Positions 25,219 to 39,100 of a stretch of DNA of 64,000 nucleotides are shown here, piece by piece. The notes under the pieces were generated by a model, which did no database searches, was not told where the DNA came from, and worked only from the letters and a program-made list of their open reading frames with translations. Every line of letters begins with the position of its first letter. Positions within the stretch are counted from its first letter, which is position 1. Origin of the DNA: Glycera tridactyla (lineage: Eukaryota). The stretch covers positions 72,850,001 through 72,914,000 of the forward strand of contig OZ286463.1 in the NCBI GenBank assembly GCA_965644265.1, given 5' to 3'. The position numbers and the translations under genes are program-made.

Positions 25219-27689
25219 TGGATTCTCTTAAAATGATCACAAATGTATCTACAGTACACATATGCAAAGATCCGAATCCACACCATACCTATACTTTATT
25301 CCAGCAGCACAAAACTCAGATTCAATCTGGGAAATCCCTGACTGTACACATGTTACCCAGCTGAGAAACCTAGGCTTTGATGAAAAGATGCCCCGCCCAC
25401 TCAAGAGTCATAAAAACTAACATGGGCATCTCATTATCTCATTTACATATCAACATAATGATCCACATATTCAGCATCAACAAATCAATTCATACATACA
25501 AACAAGCATCACTGTATTCCGTCAACTGTTCACATGTCACTAATTCGTCATGAGGTTTTGCAACCCACCTACATCATGGAGTTATAAAAAGTTAGCTTAT
25601 AAACCACATCTGAGTCATTTGTACAACTTGGCTTTATCATACAGAATGTAACAGAGTCTTGGAAATGCCCAAAGACAACAGCAAATATATGTTGGAAATA
25701 CCAATTTCTACTCGACAAATTCACTACAAACTACACCTGTCGAATTACGCTGAGACAGATGTTGACTGAATCTAAATCTCCCTGAGATGGAGGCATGGAG
25801 TGATGGAGCATGTGATATCATATAAAGAACCCACAGCTTTTGATTAAAATCATCATATCTCATTCGGACAGGATTTCCTTCAGATCTCATGAGGCCAAAG
25901 GCCAAGTGAAATCTTGCGGCAATACCATCAAATGGGATATAGTGTTTTCCTACCATGGTTTCTTGTCTTTATACCACAAATAAATTACTCTAACTTGACT
26001 TTGACACCCTTGAAGGAGAGATATCCATGAGTAATTTCACAACCATGGCATATTGTTCATATCATCCAAGAGGTATGTATCCCATGGCCACATCATTGTG
26101 ATGAAAATCAAATATTTTTTCAGTTTTCATGATTTATTGGTTTGATAATTGACAGCATCTAAGTAGTGTCCAAGTAACACCACACAAGACTATCAATTTA
26201 AAGTCTTGCATTGTAATTTTGGCTTAGGGATCTCTTGAATGGGATAAGTCTGAGATATCTACCAAATACCAATGCAGGAATGTGTTCATGTTTCTGTACA
26301 CAACATCTCTATATCACAAATAGTGAGTATCCACGGCCTGAAGTGAAGCTGGTAATTCTAACCTGACCTAATGGTTGATATCTAAGAAATTCACTATCTT
26401 GGAGACTAGGAACTTGAATGTTCTTTATTCATCTGAGGCTCAAATTATACAATGCCCATCATGTACTGCTACATTTTGGGAATTGTATAATTTGCACTTT
26501 CCAAATAACTATGCATGATTGGAACAATGAAGATGCTAAATGAATGAACTGGATACGGGGATTTCCCAATTAGGGAAAAGTGGATTGGGTCTTTGAGCAA
26601 TGCATTTCCCATTCGCCATTTTACATGCCAAAACAAAATGATCTTATCAACATATGCTGAATCATATGTGCCATTTGCACACATTATATATGGCTGTATG
26701 AGCCTTCTCAAATTGTGTTTTAGTGCAGCAGTGATGCCTGAGACATAAAGAGAAATTTCTATAATTTTCTTAATCAATCCCAACATATTCTCAAAAGTAT
26801 CTATCTATTCTGAAACTTCCTGCCTGGTTGCCACAATTCTCGAAATTCAATTTTCATGAATTTTCAGAATTCTGAAAATTCCTCAGAAAATCGGCATCAC
26901 TAGTGTGGGGTGGGTTGTTGCTATATCCTCATGCAGGAAATAGCCATATAGTGTAGCTGCTCCTCAAGTGAATACATGGACTCTCATAGTGATGGTCAGT
27001 ATAATGTATCTAAGGTCATATGATGTGATGCTTGATGATCCTAAGCCCAGCTGATAGCATGGATAAGTATGGATTATCAACACTTGATCTACTGAGGCTG
27101 ATAAGCGAAATACAGTAAAACATGCTATGAATGACCTGTTAATAAGACTGCCTGCGTCTCAAAAGTTTCTATGAGAAGTTTAGCATGATGAAAGCATATG
27201 GCAGTCATCCCAAATGAAATCAAGCATTGAAACGGTCAGCCAAGGAATGTAAATTGTTCAGACAGGTGAGAACGTCCTGGTCAATGTTGATTACTATCAC
27301 TTAGATAGACCACTCATTTATTGGTCAATCCACAACCTATTGTCTTGAGCTATGAATGAATATGATGCTGTAGAAAAGCTGAGGTTAGTTGTTTGGGTGT
27401 TTGGGGGTTGAATGGCATGTAACAAACACATTTGAGGCATTGCAGATGTCAGAGCTACCTGGGTGGGACCTTCCTCATCTGGGTTGGGTTTGTCAACACT
27501 GCCACCAAGTAGTGGTGCAGGATTTCCATCGAACTACACCCTTGAGGGATAGGTTCAATTTCCAATTCGATGCTCTGTATATGGACACTCAAACACAAGA
27601 TGATGGGAGTCCAAAAGTTCTGCAGGAGTGCATTTTAAGAAACATTCTCTAAAAGGTATCTTGACACACCCTGGATTGATGTTAATTAT

Positions 27690-27838
27690 GAAGGCCATAG
27701 TGAGGATATGACAAAGTTTACTGATTTCATCCCCAATATCTGCTTTTGTGATTGCCAAAACATACTTAAAGGTGGTACATATGTACAGACGCCAGAGGTG
27801 AAACTATAATACCCCACTTTTTTAAGAGTGCGGTATAA
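27690..27838 (+). mobile_element. Helentron-associated (HINE-like) 3' end
   Basis: gacgccagaggtgaaactata followed by hairpin ataccccac-N10-gtgcggtat and taa; classification from recall. Confidence 0.4.
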
Positions 27839-28789
27839 GATGAAATTGTCATGTTTTTCAATGATTTCAAGAGTAACACTTGGACTCACTGGTACTGCCT
27901 CATTCAGAACTATCCATTCCTACACTCACAGAGTATAGATATTGTACACGGAGCCAGACATGTGACCATGTGCACGTATGAGTCAGTGTATATGAGCCTG
28001 TACTGACCAAACACCGTAAAAGAATTACCACTGACATACATCAATACTCCCAGTGTGCTTCGCCCCCGAAATGGCGAAAACACATGTGCGACTGTGAATG
28101 ATTGTGTGACATCATCAAAGAGTGGCTACATATCCAGTTTCTTACTTTTCTAAGCCATTTCCCTGGTTGTCATTCATGATTTGACACAGTCTCTTGAAAA
28201 AGCACCTCTTCAGCACACATTTATGATCCAATTTTGGAAGATGGGTCATACTATAAGAATTTGTGCATATGTCGACTTGAGATGCCTATATGGAGATTGA
28301 TGCTGACACAAACTGAATTGTTTAGCATAGAAGTGTATGTGAAAACTGACACTTAAGCCCTCAAACATGACTTTCCTCCAAGGACATATACTTGGAAATG
28401 CAATGCTATGGAAATCAAGTCACGATCTAGTGAACTGAAGTCTTATATGCCTGGTATCCAGATTGTTGAGAGGAATATTACCTGCCAACAACATCAGCCA
28501 TCTCAATTGGAAACCTTTTTCTGAACTAACAAGGAGAAGTTTTGAATGATGCAACGGATGTGAAGGAGACCACCACAATTATGGTGAAACTATGGGGGAA
28601 TATGCCAAGTGACCATGGAAAACATTAGCATCAATGAGGGATTCCATGAATGACAGCTGGAATTCACTCAGGATGGAAAGAGGATGTCCACCCTCTATAC
28701 TAGTGATTTTGGGAATAGCACAAGCAAGTACTTTTGAACTCATCATCTCTTTATTGCTATTGGCTCACCTTTCATTGAATTATTTGGAT

Positions 28790-28950
28790 TAGTGAACCTT
28801 GTGATGAGAGACCCAAAGAAGAGACCATTTCTGATGTAGACCACTTTTGTAAGGCAGCTTTTCCATTTGACAGACTTAAATATACCACCAACAAGAGCTA
28901 GAACACTTTTGTGTGACATTTAGGGCAGTCTCTCATCGCAGGTTTCATTG
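28790..28950. mobile_element. Degraded family B-like MITE, reverse of the 54161 type
   Basis: cacttttgtgtgacatttaggg is the inverse of ccctaaatgtcacaaaaagtg at about 54188; ends ggtttcattg-ta. Confidence 0.55.
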
Positions 28951-29871
28951 TAGCAGTAAGCATGAAATGCAACCTCCATAAAACACACCAAAGAATGCTC
29001 GGCTGGGCAAAGGTCAATACAGGTAACGAACTAGTACACACTCAGACATATAATCTCAGATGGTACCCACTGGTTATATATATATGCCTTGACAAAGTAT
29101 ATAGGTGCCTATGGACCATTACAAGCTGATGAATAGCACCGTTTGATAGTCACTCTGAAATCATATACATAAAGAGTCCCCGTCTCAGGACCGTCCCTCC
29201 TATCTGTGATGAACATTTCCTGAAACACAATTTGGTATAGTATTCATGACAGACCATCTCTCCATCTAGGTCCGATTCGTCTCGAGGATTGTCTTGAAAA
29301 TTGGCATTCCATTCCGGGGAGTGAGATTCAGGTCATCAAATTCAGGATTTCCTTCGGATATGTCCTTTAGGATTCAGCACACTTCAAGTCATGCTCCTCA
29401 GAAAATTGTTCAATATAACCTATTCATTTCACTTTACTCATCGCACCGCCAGTCCTATTTTGTTGACTATTGTACAATGATGAATCTCCTTATTGTGATC
29501 ATTGAATAATGACAAGGGTAAAGTAAATGAATTCTATTTTGTCTGTGATGAGCATCCTGTTTGTGAAACTACTATAACCTGAATATGATTGTGCGATATG
29601 GAACACTGATAAGTTCCTGGAGGAAACCTTCGAATCTAACACCTGCCTCCTGGGTTGAAGTGAGATCATGGCATCCAAATTGCATGGATATCCTCGCGAT
29701 GGGCGACACATGCCGGGAACAAAAAGTATCGTCGCAATACAAAATAAAACTCGATGTGGCAGTCAACAACATGTGCCAAGCTGTGTTGTAAGTCAATTCA
29801 ATACAGATGAGGTATCATAAGCTGGTAGATGCAAAAATCCAATGATGGCCATGTTTTAATTCACTTGAACA

Positions 29872-30125
29872 TCATACAATTGAGACTTTTTCTGTCCTTT
29901 CTTTCAAAAGTGATTGATCAGAGCGGGGACCACCATCACGCGGGTCACGTACAAGTCCACCACCACCTCGGGTAACATAACGAACTTCTATCTCCTGCTT
30001 ATTCTTCTTTTTTCGTGCTTTCTTTCTTCGATGTAAAATGCAAACGAGTATGAATATAAGGACAACGAGTGCGATAACAACACCAAGGATGATGTGCAGC
30101 ACCCCATGGTCGGAATATGATGAAC
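29872..30125 (-). CDS. sol-1: SOL-1-like terminal exon: TM helix, polybasic stop-transfer segment and short tail ending KVSIV
   Basis: Poly-T + gcag acceptor; VLHIILGVVIALVVLIFILVCIL followed by HRRKKARKKK. Confidence 0.9.
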
Positions 30126-33100
30126 CTGCAAAAAAAAAAAAAGATATGTACTGCTACTAATATCACAAATAATGTAAAAGGAAAACCCCTACTAGATTTC
30201 TACCCTCCTCTGTGTCATGCTGAAATGGTTCACATAAGGGATATTTGTATATGATGATTTTGCTAGCTTTTTTGTCTTTCTGTACAAGGACTTCCTTGGG
30301 CAGTTCTCATTTCATCACCGAGCATTGGAATCAAGTTTCAATGAAGGGCAGAGGGCAGTGTAACTCATTCCATCTTACAGGCTGTTTCCATGTTTTGATC
30401 CGCATTGTTGTTCACATTTCATATGAGCAACAACTGTTGTCAAAACCGTTAAGAATGTACATGTATAAATAATCATGCCACCAATTCAATTGTGCGCACA
30501 TAAGTGCATATCAGTGATGGAAATAGTTTCCCATGAAAACTTCATCCCTAATATTCTTCCCACAAAATCATGCATATGTTTCTGATTTACCCATTTCAAT
30601 CTGTTCTACTTTCATACATAATGTTGATGCTCAAATGAAGTTTGCCTGCAAAAATGCTGAACAAGAGACTTGATGCTCGGTCAGTCGGTCGGTCGGTCGA
30701 TTGGTCGGTCAGTCAGTCAGTTGGTCTGTCGGTCACAGTCTTTGCACCACTTTACTACAAAATAGAGCAGTGTTCAGCTTGACAGCAATCCCAACCTGGG
30801 CCAAAGTTGCTCTGAACTGCCACATAGCAGCAGAGAGTAAAACTAGTAGTATGTCAACAATCCACAAGAGCTGCCAGCATTTGCATGCACTATGGTGCAT
30901 CCCATGAGCAGGAGCCAGATTCTGCCCGGGACCAAATAATTGCCCGCTTCAAAAATACTTGATGTCACATATTACATAAGCACTTAGCGTCAAACCTGGT
31001 CAGTCATACACACCACATTTTTCTTGTTCATCGGAATTATCACCCTCTCCACAATTAGAATGCCCATTACATGTCAATGATCTATCGATGCAGTGGCGAG
31101 ATATCTTGCAGCGGAACTCCGGACAGTATCCACCTGAAAGTATACAGTGATTACACATTTGATATCAGAATCTATAGGTAGAGGAACTTATAGGTATTAG
31201 TACCAGAACAATATTTTGTACTGCAAATATAGCTAATGAAGCTATTCCACTTTCAGTTGAGTCATGCATGCCTTAGCCAAAAGTACAGCAGCCAGTGCAT
31301 GCTGACTGGGATATCAAAGGCTGGCCATGTCTATGCCAGAGACAAATGTGTTCACTCTCAGCAGAAATCTGATCAGTATCGGAATTCTGATGGCAAAAAA
31401 ATGGACAGGTGTGTTTGTGGTTTGAGGAAGCAGAATACAGTACCTGGAGTGGGGATGAGATCTGTCCAGGTGATACGGAACCCCTTGGCGCCAACTGCAC
31501 GAGAACTACTGATAAACCTGCAACAAGCGACATCCATTCTCGCATGAATATCTGCAATCAGTCATATCCAGTGCATGCCAACTGGGATAGCAGTGCCTCA
31601 TTTTCAGTTTCTCAGTCTGATATAACCCAACAGCTACAGTTCAGCCAGCTCCATAGACCACCTCTCTACAATGGCCGCCTGCCTAAAAAGGTCACACTGA
31701 GCTGCAACTGTGATAATATTTTCAAAAGTGAATGACCTCCTAATAAAGCCATATTATATGACTGAAGGAGGCCTTCATAGACAGATTCTGATGTATTTCA
31801 GTATGGTAATATTAGGAGATGTCCATGTCATTGAAACTCAAATAAAAGGGCAAATTTGTGAACATTTATTGAATAATATTCGCTTGTGTCCCACTGTGAG
31901 ATTCAGAGCTCTGAATGAAATAGCCCTTATCACTAATCAACATTTGCTATTGGATTTCAAGAATTTCCTGACAAAATCTCAGAAACCAGAGTAATAGAAA
32001 CATATTCAGGCTAATGTATAATGATGATGATTGAGAATAAAGCAATATTTTGAGCTCAGCCTGGCACCTGGGTAAAGATGTTCATGAAGTATCAAAGGAA
32101 AACAGTGAAACCCCTTGCATGGCTGTTCTTTCTGATTTCATCCCATGACAATAGTCGTAATTGGTTGAATACACACCATAAGAAAAAGTACGCATCTCTC
32201 ACTCTTGAGAGTGCATCTTCCACTGGGCATTTCTGATGTCTTGCCACCCAGACAACGAGACATACACAAATAAAAAAATCAGATGACAAATGCAACAACA
32301 TCATCCTGCCACACATGCACATACTCAGTACCAAATCTCACCTGATTTTTAAATAATTTTCCTGAGATATAAGCTGTCTGATTTTGGGGTTTTGCCCACA
32401 TAAAGAATACGCTGGAAGCCCTGACTTCTTGGTGTCGTAGATCTTGAGTACAGCATTAGCACATCCAGCTACAACATAAGAGAACAGAGCATGATCAGCA
32501 AGTGACAATGATTGTGGCATCAGGGAACACAATGCATTCATCCCAGGGCTGCTAATGGCAAAGGGTAGAAACGGAACCAAAACCCAATAGAAGTGTAACA
32601 ATCCATCAGCTTATATCAAAGGACTCCAAAGTATTAGATACTTACACAATGGACCCAGTCTCTAGTGCCATATCATCAGTACATATTCTGAATCAATGAC
32701 ATTTGGTGATGATCATGTAGTGCACCCACTGAGAGTCCCAAATAGTGCTCCACTATTTAAAATAAAATTATGCAAATTGTGAGGGGTAGACCCTCATGCT
32801 GAAGTTAGACCAATATTTGACCCAATTTTTGTAGATACTGGAATAGTGGCTAATACAGTACATGTATGTGAAATCCTGACAGAGTATGGGGTACTGATGT
32901 TCATGGAAGCGTTTGTTTCATGAAAGGTGCAGTCAACATATCGGGTATCAGGTCAAATTCGGTAAGCCAACTTGCAAGACACCACAAATTCTTGCTACCA
33001 TAGTATCTAGCTCTGCAATACAACTGTGTATAAGACAAGATAATTCTCTCATGAATAAGAGCAAAATCATGAGATGCCCCATCACTGTATCGCTCCAGGC

Positions 33101-36100
33101 CAGCTTGGACACTGATTTGGCATCAGAAGCATTGGCTGTGGAAAATCCCAAAACAGAGCTTTGACATTTGTTACTTAATTCAACTGCTCACTCACTATCT
33201 TGATCAATCTCTGACGCACCTACTCAGTCATTCACTCTTTCATCCTATACCATCTATTCATATCCACTCTGCACACAAAACCTAGTGATGGTTCTTTCTA
33301 TTATCGAATATAAAGTTGAGAAGTCTTTCCAAAGTCAAACATCCAACAGTATCTTAGTATACATCAGCAACTCAAACTGAAAACCCACTAATATGAAACC
33401 GAAACTGCAATCTAAATTGTGCTTTCATTTTGAATTTCACCACTTAGGTGGCCAATATTGTTCTTGTCAATTTTATGAGATTGTACGAAGGAAAATATTT
33501 GCAAAATATTAGCAAAACTCTGACTCAGAAGGGCTGTTAGATCGACATGAAATATTCCCACCAATCAAACCGAAAATCAATCGATTCATCTGAAAAAATT
33601 ATGATAACAGAATTGTCATCTCTACTCCAACAAGGAACATGACAGTACAAAGAGTTCTCAGCATGATGGAAGGAGGGGCACAGATAACTATGGAATATGT
33701 ATGGGAAAGGTGTATTATTACAGATAAGAATAAAGACTGACAGAGAAGTTGATTCAACAATGGAAGACAAAAGGTGATGATTGTTCTGTAAGAACAGTGA
33801 AAGATTTTTCAGTGAGAGTGATTGATGGCATGATTTTATAAGCTGCAAGATGACTTGACTTGATAAATGAAGGTAAACGACAGACCAAAAGATACAACAG
33901 AAGTGGAGCAGAGTGTCAATGAGCCGGAAGCTGAACTGGCCTAGTATCTACCGACACTGAGCACAGAAATGAGAGCAACTGTCATACAACAAGAAAGTTA
34001 TGAAATAGAGTTCATCATCAAACATTTAGCTTTATCTGACCCTTGCACAATTGCTCTTTCCAATTGTCAACTCCCAGTGTTTGCCATATATGACACAGAT
34101 TTATGCATGTAACCATGTAATCCACACCACAGAAGAGAAATCAATTGAGAGAGGCAGGTGATACAACTTTTGTGACTCTTGGATGATGTCCTAGTTACAA
34201 TGATCAAGTATTTGAACACAAATGAATGTTGTATGCAATGCTTGGTTCTAACTAATAAAACAATCAGAATCAAAATCCACTGAGGATTGGGGGGGGGGGG
34301 GGGAGATACCATTTTTCTGACTCTTGGACAATGACCTAATTAGCCTGATTTTCAAGTCGTCAACAAGGATTTCCCAAGGAACACAACCAAATTTTGTGCA
34401 CGATACTTAGTTAAAACCAATAAACAATCAGTATCAAAGTCCATCAAGAATTTTGGGAGGAGATACAACTTTTGTGAATTGTGAACGACAATGGTAGGAA
34501 AGATGGATGACAGGTGAGGCATGAAGGCATGAGCTCAACGATCAACAACTTACAAAAGAATTTCAATGAATTCTGAAAGCTTTTGCTTCAAACTTTTACT
34601 ACTGCTAAAGATGCATTTGTTGTGTCAGAATTGGGATGAGCTGGATCTGTTATGGTATGAATCATCAGTGACAATTGGGGTTGATGATCTAGTTCGTGTT
34701 CCAAAGGGCGAGTCTCAACCCTAGTAACATCATATTCAAGTCATCATCGAGGACTGACATATAGCGAATCATGTCATAGACAATGATAGTATGTTGGTAA
34801 GATGGTCCCGTAGGATTTCTTCTGGAGGACATCTCGTGCAGGCTGGCGACTGCCGAGGAAGAAAAATGGTGAATTGTCTCCTGAGATAGGTCATGAGATA
34901 CGATATGACAGAGATGACTACCATACATTTGCGAATAAACACACAGTGAGCAAAGGTACGGGCAAGTGCTGTGCACATCTAATTGGAATAAAATCCAAAG
35001 GAAAACGCATCACAATTTCACCATAAACGTGATGAAAACGCTCACCAAATTGATGAATAATGATGGCAGCCTTTTGTTTTTTTCGGCATGGACACATGTC
35101 CAGTGGTCATGGCTGGTGTGCTTGATGAGTATAAGGAGGGGATGCACATTCATTTGGGAATGGGCGTATACACAGCGATTTATGGTATCAACTAATGATG
35201 CTGCATGAGTGATGAAAAATGTAACCTCTAGCAAAGGAACTTTTGCTAATCACAATAGATATATCAATGACCACTTATCATAGAAGATATCTGGTGATTT
35301 TTCTTTAGTAGTTATCAATGGGCCATAAATATGGCCAAGTTACCTCATGATATTTGATATTCCGAAATCCAGTTTACCAACAGCTCAAGATTCCAAGTTC
35401 AACGAGTGCATCATCAATTTCAGGATCTGTCAACTGTTCTCCCTATATTCCTACAATAATACATGTACCAGTGTGGTCCACTGAAGTTCATATCATCTTG
35501 TTGACAGAGTATCTATTAGTGCTAATCATTATCACTGCTGTTTCAAGGTAATCAAATTTATAGGGACCATGAATAATGGTCTCAAATGATCAGGCTGATG
35601 AGAGCGGATGGATATTGATGGATATGGATTTTGATTCAAGTTTCTATAAACTTCCAAATCGCAAACTCAATGACAATTCCAATCTGGCAGATGAAAGCTG
35701 ATCCATGACAATAGGTGATCCATGTCACTAACCATATTGGCTGTTGCTGGTTTCATGCCACTAAACATGCCGACTCTAGCTGATAGACACTGGCCCTTGA
35801 CAAAAAATGTTTTATGTGACCAAACATATTGACTTCAGCTGATAAAAGCTGGCCTTTGACAAAAGGCGATCTATGTCACTAACCATACCGACTACAGCAG
35901 ATCAAAGCTGTCCCTTGGCCAACTAACTCCATCAATTTATGTCACCAACTATACTGAAAAGTTGCCCTTGACAAAAAGGTGATTTATGTCACTGGACATA
36001 TTGACTCCAACTGATAAAAGCTGACCCATGCCAAAAGATCAATTCATGTCACTAAACATATTGACTCCAGCTGATGAGAGCTGGCCCTTGACAAAAGGTG

Positions 36101-39100
36101 ATCTATGTGACTAACCATACTAAATCCAACCAATTGAAGCTTGCCCTTGACAAAAAGTTGATTATGTCACAATACATAATAAAAATTTGCCTTCAACAAA
36201 AGGTGATTAATGCCACTAAAAAGGTGATCTATTTCACAAAACATATTGACCCCAACTGATCAAAGCTTGCCCTTGAAAAAAGGTGATTTATTTCAAACAT
36301 GACAAGGTGATTTGCCTCACAGAATAAGATGCCCTCAAAAGATGAGACATCTAAAATGATAAATGACGAATGATGATTTGCAAAACATGATGACAAAATG
36401 CAATCAGCCTCAGTAAACATGACGGCCTAAACTGAGAGGATTTGGTCTATGACAAAAGGTGATCTGACAAACAAATATTTTGATTAGAAATTATACTCGA
36501 TGGATGATATATCTCACAGAAGATGACATCAAAATCCCACAAGAACTGAGCTCTGAAGAATGATGATGATGACTCAGTTCTATGAGTGTATGATGCAATC
36601 CCTATAGATACTGAAATGTGATGCCTCATACAAAAATCACTGTGATCAATCAATGCTTTTGATTGAGTCACAGCTCAAGGTTGGTGAATGCAGTCTTTCG
36701 ACCAAAGCTGTTGGAAATATGGAAAAGAAACAAGCCATGGAACAGTATAGAATCAATGTAACATTGCAGAGCTATCATACTATATGCTATTGTAAATGTC
36801 ATAGTGTGATACAGTACTGATTCCTGATCAAAAAATCCTCATCAATTGCCATGGGATTCTCAGACTAAATACTGAAACCATTGATCTACTCAAATGTAGA
36901 TATTAATATATTTTGATAGTCAATCTTATCTTGAACATATCTCAAGAAATAATAGGCATGGTACATACATCAAATTATAATCTGGTATACCTTTATCCTC
37001 ATATTTTCCCACCGAGTAAATTCAACCCAATATCTCAAAGACATCTGGTATACCCTAATCTTCGTATTTTCCAAATAAGTATGACCAACAATATTTGATA
37101 TGAAATATTCAGCCCAATATCTCACAGACATTATATCTAACATTCTCAATAATTAGGGCGCTGGTTCGATCCACCCTTAATATCATAATCTTCAACAAGT
37201 AAATTCACTTCGGATAAATGATCCTATATCACTCTGATGCACCGAAAGTCTACCTTACATAGTGTACCAGATGAGTTTCATCAGGTCAGAATTGGAAGAT
37301 TAAAGTGAAATTTGGTGAACGAATTCAATCATGATTTAGTATTGTTTTGGCTGTCAATGGCAGCCATCTTTGTAAACTATTGGTAGGTGGTGATGTAAGT
37401 TCCAATAATAATGAAATTGGCAGCCAATGACCGCAGAGATGTCAGTGACATGTAGGCTATAAACTCTTGTACAAGAGAAAATAGCTTTCATTAAATAATA
37501 CCAACCCGGTGAATCACTTTACAGATGTTGTTAGACAGGTAAACCTTTATAAACATGAATTACTATATATCACATAGCATCATCCCATCATTGTACAATT
37601 TAGAATATAACTACACCAATATTTCTGGAACAAATCTTATACAATGAGTCTTTCAACTTCAGATCAACTAGCTACTAGTTTCTTTCACAAATATCTTCAG
37701 GTCATTTCCCATGTGAAGCAAATGAAAAAGCTTTGATCATAATAAAACATATGCCTAATTGTGCTATTAGATGGTAGCAGGATGCCACCAGACAAGGCTC
37801 TTCTGACAGGTTTACCTAATCAACTGAATTGCAATCAAGTGCACTAATTAGTGAGAATGTGATACTTCAAATCACAGCGGTGTAAAGGAACTCCCTGCCT
37901 AAAGCCCAGTCTATATCATGGTCAGGATTGGTGTTATGGATTTTTTTCCATCAATGTGAAGTTGGCGACTGTTTCACTAGAGTCTATATGCACCCAGAAG
38001 AAAGTTCAGTGCTGCTATTTCAAACAGGAGGAATTCTAGAGTAACAGTACTTGCTTACATCGCTTCTGGTTCAAACCTGGGTATGAACCTCAAGAAACTT
38101 TCACTACGGGTCAGCAACATCACCTTGCAACTAGATGAGTTGCTCCTGTGTCCACCGATTCTACCTCGTCAAGACAACACTAACTTTGGGCACACCTATA
38201 CAGTAATGAAACAGCTCCATGATGTGAAAAGCCTCATCAAAACACATCACATGCACACTGGAATCGGACCAAAGACAAGTTAGGTGTGTCTGCAATGGGA
38301 GAGTCAACACAAGTTACCCACAGAGTTAATATGGGACCACTGTCCACATCTCAAGCAACATGTAGTACATGTTAATGCAGGATGACATTCAACGTCTCAC
38401 TGACAGGTGATGGGGAACCATTTCCATGAGATGGGGAACCATTTCCAAGTGATGTGGCTCAAATCCATGATCAGGGTTATCCTCGAAGAAGCTTTCGGGA
38501 GTGGTAAAATCAAACCAATGTTCAGCCATCAAGAGTATGGAGTAATAAGAACAAATCGATGGCTCAGCACAATACTAGGCTAACTCTTCTCTTTGTCTAT
38601 AGTGAGTTAGCCTAGTATTGCGCTGAGCCATCGAAATATCCTCTTGTGAAAAATTACCAGCAGAATGGATGCACTCACATGACATTGTCTTCACTTTGAG
38701 TAATTTCAATCTATCTCAATCTATCAGAGTATAATATTACGCTGTTTGTTTCCTCCGACTATGTAAACATAAACTTGCTTCATGTGTATACATATCGCTT
38801 TATGAAAAGTGAAGTGCCTTCCATACTTGGAAACTTTTCCTTACTCATTATGTTATACCTCGAGAAGAAAATTTACCATTACATCATGTGTGTGTTTTTG
38901 TGGGTCTTCACTTCCACATTTGCAAGGTTTGACTGGTTGTCAACTGAAGAATCCAAAATGAGTTAGGTGGGATATATATCAGGGAGTAGTGAGTTTCATG
39001 ATTGGTTTACCCAATGCCCCCAGATCAGGGCATTCTGGTGGGTGATAAAGTCACTGTGGCTGAATATAGCCATTGTTTACATAGGAAGAACTTTCTCAAC

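Noticed and set aside
36040-36110. CUGAUGA within the 60-bp minisatellite
   Set aside because: Present in one unit only, and the consensus has GACA rather than GAAA
37148-37180. GGTTCGATCC B-box-like motif
   Set aside because: No A-box or cloverleaf; not a tRNA
38485-38530. Minus-strand CUGAACA...CGAAAGCUU next to the 79-nt hairpin
   Set aside because: G8 is missing and stem II does not close; may be chance
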